A DNA stretch of 63,330 nucleotides from Gammaproteobacteria bacterium (GTDB taxonomy: Bacteria; Pseudomonadota; Gammaproteobacteria; Eutrophobiales; Eutrophobiaceae): positions 1 through 63,330 of the forward strand of contig JAJFKK010000004.1 of NCBI GenBank assembly GCA_021773245.1, in the 5' to 3' direction. Shown here piece by piece: positions 51,804 through 62,651 of this stretch. The position numbers and the translations under genes were made by a program. Below the pieces are notes generated by a model that was given only the letters and a program-made list of their open reading frames with translations, was not told where the DNA came from and did no database searches. The first letter of the stretch is position 1, and each line of letters opens with the position of its first letter.

Positions 51804-52058
51804 ATGGTAACAATTAGATTGTCCCGAACAGGCGCAAAGAGAAACCCTTATTACCACGTTGTGGTTATTGATAGCCGTAAAAAGGATAGTGGCCGTCCAC
51901 TAGAGCGACTTGGTTTTTTTAATCCATCTGCTACAGGCCAGGAAATTTCACTTAAACTAGAAATGGATCGCATTGATCACTGGGTATCACAAGGTGCGCA
52001 GTTATCTGAGCGAGTTTCAAAATTGATTAAAGACAACGCAGCCTCAGCTGCGGCGTAG
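51804..52058 (+). CDS. rpsP: 30S ribosomal protein S16
   Basis: [15 protein letters not shown] and ERLGFFNP; true start 51804. Confidence 0.96.
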   Translation: MVTIRLSRTGAKRNPYYHVVVIDSRKKDSGRPLERLGFFNPSATGQEISLKLEMDRIDHWVSQGAQLSERVSKLIKDNAASAAA

Positions 52059-52117
52059 TTGAAAGTTAATAGTACTCAAGTTATTTTTGATTTAGGCAAA
52101 AGAAAGCATTTTTATTA

Positions 52118-52639
52118 ATGCAGGAAGACAAGTCCCAAATTAGAGTAGGTCGAATCGGTGGGGCACATGGTATACGAGGTTGGCTCAAGATTATGTCGTA
52201 TACCCGACCTAAAGAAAATATTTTTACTTATTCACCTTGGCTGATCTATGTGAATGATGCATGGAAAGAGATTGAGATAGAAGAACATCAGCAACGAGGA
52301 GAACGATTGCTGGTGAAAATGTCAGGAATAGAATGTCCTGAAGATGCTCGTAGTTATATGAATTGTGATTTAGCAATTAAATCCGAGCAACTACCGACCT
52401 TAAACGAAGGTGAATATTACTGGCATGATTTGATTGGTCTTGAGGTGTTTAATCAAGATGAAATTAATATCGGTAAGATCAGTAAGGTAACAGAAACAGG
52501 TGCGAACGATGTACTTGTTATAAGTAAAGATAGTGAGAATAAAAATAACATATTGATTCCATTAGTGATGGAGATATATGTAAAACAAGTTGATTTGATT
52601 GCCAGGACAATGCATGTCGATTGGCAGATTGATGAATAA
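52118..52639 (+). CDS. rimM: Ribosome maturation factor RimM
   Basis: [17 protein letters not shown] and ETGANDV. Confidence 0.95.
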   Translation: MQEDKSQIRVGRIGGAHGIRGWLKIMSYTRPKENIFTYSPWLIYVNDAWKEIEIEEHQQRGERLLVKMSGIECPEDARSYMNCDLAIKSEQLPTLNEGEYYWHDLIGLEVFNQDEINIGKISKVTETGANDVLVISKDSENKNNILIPLVMEIYVKQVDLIARTMHVDWQIDE

Positions 52640-53382
52640 TGTATCAGCTTGATGTCATTACACTATTTCCGGAAATGTTTTCTCCGGTCTTAGAAAGTGG
52701 TGTTATCGGTAGAGCAGTGACAGATGAACTGCTGCAGTTTAGAAGTTGGAATCCTCGTGATTTTACTGGTGATAAACACCGGACAGTTGATGATAGGCCT
52801 TATGGCGGTGGACCAGGTATGGTCATGATGTATGAACCTGTGTGCGCTGCTATTAATAAAGCAAAACAGGCTCAACCTGATACAAAGGTGATTTATTTAT
52901 CACCACAAGGCAGACGATTAGACCAAAATGGTATTAACGCACTGTCTAAACGAAGTGGAATGATCTTGGTTTCCGGGCGTTATGAAGGTATTGATGAACG
53001 TGTTATCGATACTGAGATAGATGAGGAATGGTCAATCGGTGATTATGTCCTTAGTGGCGGTGAACTTGCCGCAATGGTGTTAATAGATAGTGTCTGCCGA
53101 ACTTTGCCTGGCGTTTTAGGGCATGAAGATTCAGCTATTGAAGATTCATTTGTTGACGGTTTATTGGACTATCCGCATTATACGCGACCTGAACAAGTTG
53201 ACGGTCATTCGGTACCGGATGTTTTACTGAGCGGTAACCATGAGAATATACGGCGTTGGCGGTTAAAGCAGGCGTTAGGAAAAACCTGGCGAAGTCGGCC
53301 AGATTTAATTGAGTCAATTAAGCTCAATGACGAACAGAAGGGATTGTTACAGGAATATATCACTGAAACTGAACAATCTTGA
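52639..53382 (+). CDS. trmD: tRNA (guanine-37-N1)-methyltransferase
   Basis: [21 protein letters not shown] and [11 protein letters not shown]. Confidence 0.97.
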   Translation: MYQLDVITLFPEMFSPVLESGVIGRAVTDELLQFRSWNPRDFTGDKHRTVDDRPYGGGPGMVMMYEPVCAAINKAKQAQPDTKVIYLSPQGRRLDQNGINALSKRSGMILVSGRYEGIDERVIDTEIDEEWSIGDYVLSGGELAAMVLIDSVCRTLPGVLGHEDSAIEDSFVDGLLDYPHYTRPEQVDGHSVPDVLLSGNHENIRRWRLKQALGKTWRSRPDLIESIKLNDEQKGLLQEYITETEQS

Positions 53383-53421
53383 AGAACAACTAATATATAG
53401 ATATGTGATTGGAGTATTAAA

Positions 53422-53778
53422 ATGGCTAACATTATTGAACAACTAGACGCTGAGCAAATGACTCGTGAAATTCCTGAATTTGCAGCAGGCGATACGATTG
53501 TCGTTCAAGTAAAAGTAAAAGAAGGTGACCGTGAGCGTTTACAGGCTTTTGAAGGTGTTGTTATCGCGAAAAAAAATCGTGGAATAAACTCATCTTTTAC
53601 TGTTCGTAAAATTTCTTCTGGTGAAGGAGTAGAACGTGTATTTCAGACATATAGTCCTATGGTTGCTGAAATTAAGGTGAAACGAAGCGGTGATGTACGT
53701 CGTGCAAAATTGTATTACATGCGTGACCTTCGTGGTAAAGCAGCGCGTATTAAAGAAAAAATTAAAGCAAAAAAATAG
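53422..53778 (+). CDS. rplS: 50S ribosomal protein L19
   Basis: [18 protein letters not shown] and RRAKLYY. Confidence 0.97.
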   Translation: MANIIEQLDAEQMTREIPEFAAGDTIVVQVKVKEGDRERLQAFEGVVIAKKNRGINSSFTVRKISSGEGVERVFQTYSPMVAEIKVKRSGDVRRAKLYYMRDLRGKAARIKEKIKAKK

Positions 53779-53970
53779 CTAAACGCACAAAATACTATGT
53801 CGAGCTGGTTACTCCAGCTCGGTATATGTAGAATCTGGTTTTTAATCATTAATCACCAGCCATTTGAAATCAAAAAAAAAACAAGATTTCGAAAACCTAT
53901 ATTTAATACCGATTAAATATATGGGTGTTAATTCTTACACAAATCAAACTGCTAATTCAGCTTTTTGTTT

Positions 53971-54891
53971 ATGAATCCCAATACTCAAAATCAAGATGAT
54001 CTTCTAAATAAATCAAAGCAGCTTGTCGATTCTTTTTTAGATGCGTTATGGATGGAACGTGGTTTAAGCGAAAACACATTGTCAGCTTATCGAAGTGATT
54101 TATACAAATTTTCACTGTGGTTAGAACAACAAAAAGTTGAATTAATTAATGTAGAAGCAAATGAAATACTTTCTTATCTTGCTTTAGCAGAAAGTAAATC
54201 AGCGAGAACAGTTGCTCGACGCTTATCAAGTTTACGACGTTTATATGAGTATTTGTTGAGAGAAGATTTAATCAAACATAACCCGGTGAGTAATGTTGAT
54301 GCTCCAAGGCTTGGTCGCTCTTTACCAAAATCATTAACTGAATCAGAAGTTGAAGCGTTGCTCGACGCACCTGATATAGAAGATATGCTTGGTATCCGTG
54401 ATAGATGCATGTTGGAATTGTTATATGCGACTGGTCTACGTGTTTCAGAACTTGTCAGTTTGACAGTTCAACAAGTTAATTTAAGACAAGGTGTTGTTCG
54501 AGTTACAGGGAAGGGCAACAAAGAACGTCTCGTACCTTTAGGTGAAGAGGCTTCACTATGGATAGAAAAATATTTGTCATCATCACGAAATGAAATACTC
54601 AATAATAAAATGTCGGATGCATTATTTCCAAGTAAACGTAGCAAGGCAATGACGCGTCAAACATTTTGGTACATGATTAAACGTTATGCTGTTGTAGCAG
54701 GAATTAATAAAACATTGTCTCCGCACGTTCTTCGACATGCGTTTGCTACACATTTAATTAATCATGGTGCTGATTTAAGAGTAGTTCAAATGTTATTGGG
54801 ACATAGTGATATATCAACGACACAAATTTATACCCATGTTGCCAGAGAACGATTAAAGGATTTACATGGCGAGCATCACCCAAGAGGCTGA
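53971..54891 (+). CDS. xerD: Site-specific tyrosine recombinase XerD
   Basis: ERGLSENT..AYR.DL, YATGLRVSEL, HVLRHAFATH and LLGHSDISTTQIYTH. Confidence 0.95.
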   Translation: MNPNTQNQDDLLNKSKQLVDSFLDALWMERGLSENTLSAYRSDLYKFSLWLEQQKVELINVEANEILSYLALAESKSARTVARRLSSLRRLYEYLLREDLIKHNPVSNVDAPRLGRSLPKSLTESEVEALLDAPDIEDMLGIRDRCMLELLYATGLRVSELVSLTVQQVNLRQGVVRVTGKGNKERLVPLGEEASLWIEKYLSSSRNEILNNKMSDALFPSKRSKAMTRQTFWYMIKRYAVVAGINKTLSPHVLRHAFATHLINHGADLRVVQMLLGHSDISTTQIYTHVARERLKDLHGEHHPRG

Positions 54892-54898
54892 GTGATTT

Positions 54899-56686
54899 TT
54901 AAGTCTGGTCTTGAGGTAATACTGAATAAACTTCTTCTAGCGTTGTAAGTCCATCGGCTATTTTTTGTGCACCACCTATTTTTAAGGGACGCATGCCGGT
55001 TTTTAAAGCAATTTTACGTAAAGTATCGATGTCTGTATGTGATGTAATATTTTCTCGTAGTGTATTGTTCATGGTTAATATTTCATAAATACCTGCACGA
55101 CCCATATAACCAGTATGTCTGCATTCGTCACAACCAACGGGTTTGCATATCTTAGGAGGCATTTTTAATTTATTTGGTTTGGCAAATTCTTCCCAACTTT
55201 GTTTGTCTGTTGCAACAAGTTCTTTGCAATGAACACATAAAGTTCTTAATAAGCGTTGTGCGACGATGCCTTGCAAAGTCGCTTTTAGTAAAAAGGGCTG
55301 CATACCAAGGTCAATTAAACGAGTTATGGCAGAAGGCGCATCATTGGTATGCAAACTGGATAAAACAAGGTGCCCGGTAAGTGCTGCTTGAATGGCAATG
55401 TCAGCTGTTTCCTGATCACGAATTTCCCCAATCATTATGATGTCAGGGTCTTGCCTAAGCAGTGTTCTTACACCGGATGCAAAATCAACATCAATCGCTT
55501 TTTGAACCTGCATTTGATTAAACTGAGGATCAACCATTTCAATCGGGTCTTCAATTGTGCAAATATTGATTTCGGGTCGGGCAATCTGATTGAGAGCTGA
55601 ATATAAGGTGGTTGTTTTTCCTGAACCTGTCGGACCAGTGATGAGGACAATGCCGTGTGGATTATTCAGCATTTCATTCAACTGCACTTGATCATGTTGA
55701 GTAAAGCCAAGTTGTTTGTAGCTTTTAACCAGCATTTCCGGATCAAAAATACGCATGACCAACTTTTCACCGAAAGTTGTCGGCATGGTAGACAATCGCA
55801 TTTCAACTTCTTTTCCTGATGGTGTAATTGTTTTAACTCTGCCATCTTGTGGTCGACGTCGGTCAGTGACATCCATGCGACCCAGGGATTTTAAGCGACT
55901 GGTAATGGCTCCCATCAAGGTTACTGGAAGTTCGTGAACAATATGTAAAACACTGTCGATCCTGAAACGGATACGTCCTTTTTCTCTTCGTGGTTCGAGA
56001 TGGATATCGCTGGCGCGTTGTTCAAAAGCAAACTGCAATAACCAGTCAACAATGCTGACAATATGTTGGTCGTTTGCATCGGGTTCTCCTGCTTTTCCCA
56101 TTTGAACCAGTTGTTCAAAATTTTGAATTAGTGCAATCGGCTCATCTTTCTTTTCATTGGTAGCACCGATAATCGACTTACTAATGCCATAAAACTCCAC
56201 CAGATAGCGTTCTAGATCTCTGGGGTTAATGATGACGCGTTTGATTTTTCTATCAGCAATATGCTCTAGTTCTTTTTCCCATGAGGTAATAAACGGTTCA
56301 CAGGTCGCAATAGTGAGTTCTGTTTCATTTACCTCTATAGGTAATATTTTTAATTTTGAGGCGTAGGCTTGAGAAACGACAGAGGTAATTTTTTGCACAT
56401 CAATTTTTAAAGGATCAATGCGCAAATAAGGTTGGTCTATTTTATCGGCAAACCATTTTGTTAATGTTTCTAAACTTAGTGGGTAGCTAGGTTTTGTTGA
56501 AGATTGCCAACCTTGTTCGGCTACAGATATTAGCGGGTGAATTTGAATTTTTGTTTGGTCAGCACATATATTCGCTAGTTGGACGCGCTGCTGTGCTTTA
56601 ATCAGTCCATCTTTTTCAAGCAGATCAAGTATATAGGCAAGCTCAAGCTTGGTTTCTAGGCTCTGTTTTTTTACTGTGTTATTCAT
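54899..56686 (-). CDS. GspE/PilB family secretion ATPase
   Basis: ASDIHLEP, GPTGSGKT, EDPIE, LRQDPD and GHLVLSSLHTND; tetracysteine motif. Confidence 0.92.
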   Translation of the reverse strand: MNNTVKKQSLETKLELAYILDLLEKDGLIKAQQRVQLANICADQTKIQIHPLISVAEQGWQSSTKPSYPLSLETLTKWFADKIDQPYLRIDPLKIDVQKITSVVSQAYASKLKILPIEVNETELTIATCEPFITSWEKELEHIADRKIKRVIINPRDLERYLVEFYGISKSIIGATNEKKDEPIALIQNFEQLVQMGKAGEPDANDQHIVSIVDWLLQFAFEQRASDIHLEPRREKGRIRFRIDSVLHIVHELPVTLMGAITSRLKSLGRMDVTDRRRPQDGRVKTITPSGKEVEMRLSTMPTTFGEKLVMRIFDPEMLVKSYKQLGFTQHDQVQLNEMLNNPHGIVLITGPTGSGKTTTLYSALNQIARPEINICTIEDPIEMVDPQFNQMQVQKAIDVDFASGVRTLLRQDPDIIMIGEIRDQETADIAIQAALTGHLVLSSLHTNDAPSAITRLIDLGMQPFLLKATLQGIVAQRLLRTLCVHCKELVATDKQSWEEFAKPNKLKMPPKICKPVGCDECRHTGYMGRAGIYEILTMNNTLRENITSHTDIDTLRKIALKTGMRPLKIGGAQKIADGLTTLEEVYSVLPQDQT

Positions 56687-56887
56687 CAAAAATTCGTTTT
56701 CTATGTATTAAATAGATTGATACTGACTTTATCATGGAAAAAACGGCACATCGAATGGTAATCATTGAAAATAGTTTTAATGTAAGGGAACAGACAGTCT
56801 GTATAATGGTCTGATTCTTATTGAATTTGGCAATACTTAAAAATAGTGAAGAATTGTCTGACGGTATTATAACTTACTGGAGTTAAC

Positions 56888-57598
56888 ATGAAGTTTAGCG
56901 CGATTTTTTTATTTGGATTATTTCTATCATCTAATGTTTTTGCTGATGATTCCTTAAAAGAAGAATTAAACACGGCAATCTCTCGATTTTTGCCGGATGT
57001 TAAGGTTGATAGCATTCAGCCCACACCTATTGAAGGACTTTATCAAGTTATGATAGGCCCAGATGTTATTTATATGACTCGTGATGGATCTTATGTCATC
57101 AAAGGTGAAATACTCGACATCAAGGAGAGAAGAAATTTAACAGAAGATGTTCGTGCTGGAACACGAGTTAATTTACTCAAAGCTATAAACGAAGATGAAT
57201 ACATCGAATTCGCAGGTGAGAATGCAAATAATTTTATTTATGTTTTTACAGATATTGATTGTGGTTATTGCAGAAAACTTCATCGTGACGTACCTGAATT
57301 AAATGCAAGAGGTATAAGCGTGCGTTATCTTGCCTATCCTCGTGCGGGTGTGGAATCTGCAGCAGGGAAGGAAATGAGTCAGGTCTGGTGTGCGGAAGAT
57401 CGTCAACATGCATTAACAGCAGCTAAGAACAGAGAGTCGTTTGAAGGAAAAACTTGTGATGACCCGGTTGCAGAACAATATGTTCTTGGTCAGAAACTTG
57501 GTGTACGAGGTACACCATCAATTTATCTAGCGAATGGAAGGAATCTCCCCGGCTATTTACCACCAGATGAAATTGAGAAACAACTTAAGCTTAAGTAA
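56888..57598 (+). CDS. dsbC: Thiol:disulfide isomerase DsbC
   Basis: Signal peptide; FTDIDCGYC and GTP. Confidence 0.92.
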   Translation: MKFSAIFLFGLFLSSNVFADDSLKEELNTAISRFLPDVKVDSIQPTPIEGLYQVMIGPDVIYMTRDGSYVIKGEILDIKERRNLTEDVRAGTRVNLLKAINEDEYIEFAGENANNFIYVFTDIDCGYCRKLHRDVPELNARGISVRYLAYPRAGVESAAGKEMSQVWCAEDRQHALTAAKNRESFEGKTCDDPVAEQYVLGQKLGVRGTPSIYLANGRNLPGYLPPDEIEKQLKLK

Positions 57599-57610
57599 CG
57601 TATTTAGCTA

Positions 57611-58348
57611 TTATCCAGACGTATTATCTAGGCCTAGTCCTTTTAGTGATTTAATAATCGCAGTTGATAAACGATCATCTTTTTCGGTGCTTGTTACTTT
57701 GATGGGTAGAAAATTCAAATCATAAGCACACCATAAAAAAGTTTCCTGCTTTTTATTTTTTTTATGAAGCGCGAGTTTGATTGTTTTAAATTCACCAAGT
57801 GGCGTTTTTAGCGTTTCGTCGGCAATACGTTCGAATACATATTGTTTTATTTTCCCACCATCAGCAATAGCATAGCTTTCAGGTATCTGTCCTGACATAA
57901 GATCAGACATAATAGTTAATTGATAAAGTAATTTATCCTGAATGCCTTTTTGGATTTGCATATGCCAAGTTGAGTCGTTAACACGATTAGTGATCTGATT
58001 CTTATTCCAGTTAAAATTGATCTCTGCGTCTCTTTCTTTTTTACCTTTAGTATGGTGATAGGTGTAATTCAGAGGCGTGAAATAAGAATCAATCAAATCC
58101 CATGTGCTCACTTCAAGTATGTGTACTTTTTTTAATAAGGCAATGAAGCCGGTGGTTTTGCTTTCAGAACTAAAGCTGTATGTGCCATTTTCAAGTTGGA
58201 AAAAGCGTCTTTCCATCAATCCAACTTGAGTATCATTACTGTATAAAGTGTAGTTGGCTTCAAAAAAACCAGGCATTTCTTCGTCCGCAAAGCATAATTG
58301 CGTACTTATTAGTGCATAAAGTAAAAATAGATGCGTTTTAACCAACAT
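57611..58348 (-). CDS. Exported DUF3108-like protein
   Basis: Signal peptide; P..Y, QDKL, E.L.TPLG.F.T and W.A.....P motifs. Confidence 0.7.
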   Translation of the reverse strand: MLVKTHLFLLYALISTQLCFADEEMPGFFEANYTLYSNDTQVGLMERRFFQLENGTYSFSSESKTTGFIALLKKVHILEVSTWDLIDSYFTPLNYTYHHTKGKKERDAEINFNWNKNQITNRVNDSTWHMQIQKGIQDKLLYQLTIMSDLMSGQIPESYAIADGGKIKQYVFERIADETLKTPLGEFKTIKLALHKKNKKQETFLWCAYDLNFLPIKVTSTEKDDRLSTAIIKSLKGLGLDNTSG

Positions 58349-58419
58349 ATTGAATACTATGACAATTATCGTGTGTTAAAATTCCTTGAATTGACCTAAA
58401 TAATAACTAGTAAATTGTA

Positions 58420-59847
58420 ATGCAAGAAATCGTTTTTAAGCCAATTGAATCAGCAAAAGTTTTAGTCGTTGGCGATATTATACTTGATCAATATATATAT
58501 GGTGAAACGAATAGAATTTCACCTGAAGCACCGGTACCTGTGGTACGTGTCAAAGAGACTGAGGAGCGTCCTGGTGGAGCAGCAAATGTTGCTGTTAATA
58601 TTTCATCACTTGGGGTCGCTGTCCAACTATTGGGGGTCACGGGAAATGATGAATCCTCTTCAAGGTTATCAAAAATTCTTAGTGATAAAGGAGTGGAATG
58701 CCATTTCGTGCATCAAGAGGGATTCCCGACCATAACTAAACAACGGGTATTAAGTCAGCATCAGCAGTTAATTCGTCTCGATTATGAAAATGAATCAAAT
58801 AATATTGATACACAGACTCTTTTAGAAAAATATATAGATTTAATTGATTCTGTAAATGTCATTATCCTTTCAGACTATGCCAAAGGAAGTCTTGATAGAG
58901 TCCAAACGCTAATAAAATATGCAAACGAAAAAAATGTCACCGTATTAGTTGATCCTAAATCAAATAACTTTAGTTGTTATAGCGAAGCAAGTGTAATTAC
59001 GCCAAATTTAAAAGAATTTGAAGCTGTTGTAGGTGAATGTTTATCAAATGATGACTTGATAGAGAAGGGAACTGAGCTTTGTAAAAATTTACAACTAAAA
59101 GCATTATTGGTGACACGTGGTGAAAAAGGAATGACCTTGCTGCAAGAAAATCAACAACCTTTTCACCTTAAGGCTGAAACACATGAAGTTTATGATGTTA
59201 CTGGTGCGGGTGATACTGTGATTGCCGTATTAGGCGCTGCATTAGCATGTGATCTTGAATTACAACAAGCAACAACGTTGGCTAATACAGCAGCTGGTTT
59301 GGTAGTAGAAAAACTGGGGTCAGCGACTGTTACAACAGATGAACTAAATGGAGCTAACAGTAATAAGTATCAATCATCAATATCGATGAATGGCAATTCG
59401 CTATTAGAAGTAATTAATCAGGCTAAACGAAATGGCGAGCAAATCGTTATGACGAATGGATGCTTTGATATTTTGCATACAGGCCATATTAATTATTTAA
59501 TAAAAGCAAAAACACTCGGCGATCGTTTAATCATTGCTGTTAATGATGATGATTCAGTAAAACGATTAAAAGGTAATTCAAGGCCAATAAATTCTGTCGA
59601 TAGCAGAATGACTGTTTTAGCTGCGCTAGCTTGCGTCGACTGGGTTGTACCTTTTAGTGAAGATACACCAGAGCAGCTGATTACTTTATTTGAACCTGAT
59701 ATTTTGGTTAAAGGTGGTGACTATACTGAAGAACAAATTGCAGGAGCTAATAGTGTTAGAAAAACAGGTGGTGATGTTGTTATTTTACCATTTGAAGACG
59801 GTTGCTCAACGTCATTGATATTAGAAAAAATAAAAGGAAATACATAG
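58420..59847 (+). CDS. hldE: Bifunctional heptose 7-phosphate kinase / heptose 1-phosphate adenylyltransferase
   Basis: RISPEAPVPV, DVTGAGDT, TNGCFDILH.GH and KGGDY. Confidence 0.96.
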   Translation: MQEIVFKPIESAKVLVVGDIILDQYIYGETNRISPEAPVPVVRVKETEERPGGAANVAVNISSLGVAVQLLGVTGNDESSSRLSKILSDKGVECHFVHQEGFPTITKQRVLSQHQQLIRLDYENESNNIDTQTLLEKYIDLIDSVNVIILSDYAKGSLDRVQTLIKYANEKNVTVLVDPKSNNFSCYSEASVITPNLKEFEAVVGECLSNDDLIEKGTELCKNLQLKALLVTRGEKGMTLLQENQQPFHLKAETHEVYDVTGAGDTVIAVLGAALACDLELQQATTLANTAAGLVVEKLGSATVTTDELNGANSNKYQSSISMNGNSLLEVINQAKRNGEQIVMTNGCFDILHTGHINYLIKAKTLGDRLIIAVNDDDSVKRLKGNSRPINSVDSRMTVLAALACVDWVVPFSEDTPEQLITLFEPDILVKGGDYTEEQIAGANSVRKTGGDVVILPFEDGCSTSLILEKIKGNT

Positions 59848-59855
59848 AGGTTAAT

Positions 59856-60803
59856 ATGATTGTTGTTACTGGAGGTGCCGGTTTTATAGGAAGTCAGATC
59901 GTAGCCGGTTTAAATAGACTTGGCAGAGAAGATATTATTGTTGTTGATGATCTAACTGATGGTAAAAAATATAAAAATCTAGTTGTAAATAAAATTGCTG
60001 ATTATATAGATAAAGTAGAGTTCAGGAGATTAATTTCTGAACGTAATAATCTTTGCGATCAGATTGAATTTATCTTTCATCAAGGTGCTTGCTCTACAAC
60101 GACAGAGTGGGATGGGCAATACATGATGGATAATAATTACACCTATTCAAAAGAATTACTTCACTTTTGCATTGAACGTAGCATTCCCTTTGTTTATGCC
60201 TCAAGTGCAGCAGTCTATGGTCTCAACAGCAAATTTTCAGAAGAGCCTGCTAATGAACAACCTGTTAATGTTTACGGTTATTCAAAATTATTGTTTGATA
60301 ATTATGTGAGAAGATTAAGTGCCGACATAAATTCTCAAGTTGTTGGCTTACGTTACTTTAATGTGTATGGCCCAAGAGAGTCACATAAAGCAGGAATGGC
60401 AAGTGTTATATTTCATTTTAATAATCAGATAAAAGAGACAGGTGAATTAAATTTGTTTGAAGGTAGCGATGGTTATGCCGACGGAGAACAATTACGAGAC
60501 TTTGTGTTCATTGATGATGTAGTGAATATTAATTTGTGGATGATGGAACATCCAATAGCATCAGGTGTCTTCAATGTTGGTACAGGTAAAGCAAATAGTT
60601 TTAATGATGTCGCAAATAATGTTGTCGAATGGCATGGAAAAGGAAGAGTTAAGTATATTGAGTTTCCTGATAAATTGAGGGGCAGTTATCAAAGTTTCAC
60701 AGAAGCAAATCTTACTGATTTACGTTCTGTTGGATGTGACTATGAATTTACTTCTCTGAACTATGGCGTTAACGCTTATTTGAATGCGCTTAATTCAGAA
60801 TAA
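59856..60803 (+). CDS. hldD: ADP-L-glycero-D-manno-heptose 6-epimerase
   Basis: MIVVTGGAGFIGS, HQGACS.TTEWDG, YGYSK and YQSFT.A. Confidence 0.95.
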   Translation: MIVVTGGAGFIGSQIVAGLNRLGREDIIVVDDLTDGKKYKNLVVNKIADYIDKVEFRRLISERNNLCDQIEFIFHQGACSTTTEWDGQYMMDNNYTYSKELLHFCIERSIPFVYASSAAVYGLNSKFSEEPANEQPVNVYGYSKLLFDNYVRRLSADINSQVVGLRYFNVYGPRESHKAGMASVIFHFNNQIKETGELNLFEGSDGYADGEQLRDFVFIDDVVNINLWMMEHPIASGVFNVGTGKANSFNDVANNVVEWHGKGRVKYIEFPDKLRGSYQSFTEANLTDLRSVGCDYEFTSLNYGVNAYLNALNSE

Positions 60804-60829
60804 TTTTTAACTTAAAGTTTGAAAAACAA

Positions 60830-62110
60830 TTGCGATTTATTTATACGCTTGTAATTTACCTGCTTATCCCTTTTGTTCTGTTAAGACTTTTTTTTCTAGG
60901 GCTAAAAATCCCTGCGTACAGAACACGCTGGCAAGAAAGATTCGGTTTTTTTTCCTGGGAAAATAAAGATAAGCCGGTTCTTTGGGTGCATGCTGTCTCA
61001 GTAGGTGAAGTTAATGCTGCAACTCCAATAATTAATTTTTTTCTTGAACAATATTCTCAATATCAAATTCTTGTTACAACGGTAACTCCTACAGGGGCAT
61101 ACACGATTGAACAAAACTATGGCAATGATGTTGCTCATTTATATTTGCCCTACGATTTGCCTTTTTCAATAAAGAAATTTATTAATACGATAAATCCATC
61201 GATATTAATAACAATGGAAACAGAAATTTGGCCGAATCTTTATAATGTTTGTGAGTTTTCTAATATTCCAATCTTAATCGTTAATGCGCGATTGAGCGAA
61301 AAGTCATCTAAAGGTTATCGTTTGGTGTCGGGATTAATGAAGCAAACATTAATGAAAGTAAATATGATCGCGGCGCAAACTAAAAAGGATGCAGAAAGAT
61401 TTATTTCATTTGGTGCTGATAAAGATAAAGTTTTTGTGACTGGTAATTTAAAATTTGATATCACTGTGCCGCATAGTATCACCGAGGAAGCTGAGTCATT
61501 AAAACGTTATTTTTCTGTAAACAGGCCTATTTGGATTGCTGCGAGTACTCAGGAAGGTGAAGAAGAGATAATTATAAAAGCACATAAAAAAATATTAATA
61601 GAATATCCCGATGCAATATTAATTCTTGCTCCTCGTCACCCTGAAAGAGTTAATAAGGTAGCTATATTATGTGAATCAGCTGATATCAAATATGTTAAAC
61701 GAACAGAACAGCGTAGTTTTTCTAAAGGATCAAGTGCATATATCCTAGATACTTTAGGAGAATTACAGCTACACTATGCTGCATCGCAGATTGCATTTGT
61801 CGGTGGAAGCCTTGTCAAGACAGGCGGACAGAATATGATGGAGCCAGCAAGTTTAGGTTTGCCCGTTATTTCTGGCATACATACATATAATTTTAGAGAA
61901 ATAACAGAGTTGCTCTTCGAACAAGGAGCGCTAATTTCTGTTTCTAATGAGCAAGAGTTGGCTAATGAAGTTTGCAAGTTATTGAGTGATGCTAACCTAA
62001 GGCATAACATTGGTGAAAAAGCCCAACAGGTGATTGAAAAAAACAAAGGCAATATCGATAGATTAATAGAAATAGTAGAGCCGTATTTATCGGCTAATGA
62101 AACTTATTAA
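60830..62110 (+). CDS. waaA: 3-deoxy-D-manno-octulosonic acid transferase
   Basis: WVHAVSVGE, ETEIWPN, GNLKFD, PRHPER and DTLGEL. Confidence 0.95.
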   Translation: MRFIYTLVIYLLIPFVLLRLFFLGLKIPAYRTRWQERFGFFSWENKDKPVLWVHAVSVGEVNAATPIINFFLEQYSQYQILVTTVTPTGAYTIEQNYGNDVAHLYLPYDLPFSIKKFINTINPSILITMETEIWPNLYNVCEFSNIPILIVNARLSEKSSKGYRLVSGLMKQTLMKVNMIAAQTKKDAERFISFGADKDKVFVTGNLKFDITVPHSITEEAESLKRYFSVNRPIWIAASTQEGEEEIIIKAHKKILIEYPDAILILAPRHPERVNKVAILCESADIKYVKRTEQRSFSKGSSAYILDTLGELQLHYAASQIAFVGGSLVKTGGQNMMEPASLGLPVISGIHTYNFREITELLFEQGALISVSNEQELANEVCKLLSDANLRHNIGEKAQQVIEKNKGNIDRLIEIVEPYLSANETY

Positions 62111-62189
62111 TATGAAGTTATCTAAACGTATAACTTCAGACTAAACCGACATCGATTTTTGCGATTTATACAAAATTTTAGGAGATTTA

Positions 62190-62597
62190 ATGATGAAAAA
62201 GCTATTTATTGGTATTACTGTATTTTTGTTAAGCACCAGTTCTGTATTAGCAAATGAATATTCAACAGATGAAACTGTCCATTTTGCACTGAGTTGTATG
62301 GACAAATTAGGCGGACAAACTGATGAAAATTTTTACACATGCACGTGCCGATATGATGCCATTAGAGCGGCGATGACATTTAGTGATTATGAAGAAGGTA
62401 TTACCTTTGAACGAAACAAACCTATGCCTGGTGAAAAAGGCGGATCCTTCAGAGATAATCAAAGAGGCAAACGTTTTTATGAAGAGTTAATTAAAGTTAG
62501 AGAAGCCGCTGATGCAAGTTGTATTGTGGTTAAGCATGTTAAATTAATAAAACCAACCGTCGTTGATGATCAAAGAAGTAAGAATACAGAAGAGTAA
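62190..62597 (+). CDS. Small exported Cys-containing hypothetical protein
   Basis: SD AGGAG; signal peptide; C..CTC..C pattern. Confidence 0.7.
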   Translation: MMKKLFIGITVFLLSTSSVLANEYSTDETVHFALSCMDKLGGQTDENFYTCTCRYDAIRAAMTFSDYEEGITFERNKPMPGEKGGSFRDNQRGKRFYEELIKVREAADASCIVVKHVKLIKPTVVDDQRSKNTEE

Positions 62598-62616
62598 GCA
62601 TTAAATGCTATTGGAT

Positions 62617-62648
62617 TACAGTGAGGTTTTTACCTCACTGTAGTTTTT
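62617..62648. terminator. Terminator between convergent genes
   Basis: TACAGTGAGGT-TTTT-ACCTCACTGTA followed by GTTTTT. Confidence 0.75.
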
Positions 62649-62651
62649 AAA

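Noticed and set aside
53971-54891. Tyrosine recombinase as an integrase of a mobile island
   Set aside because: Sequence and position (rplS-xerD-dsbC) match housekeeping XerD; no att sites or cargo genes were seen.
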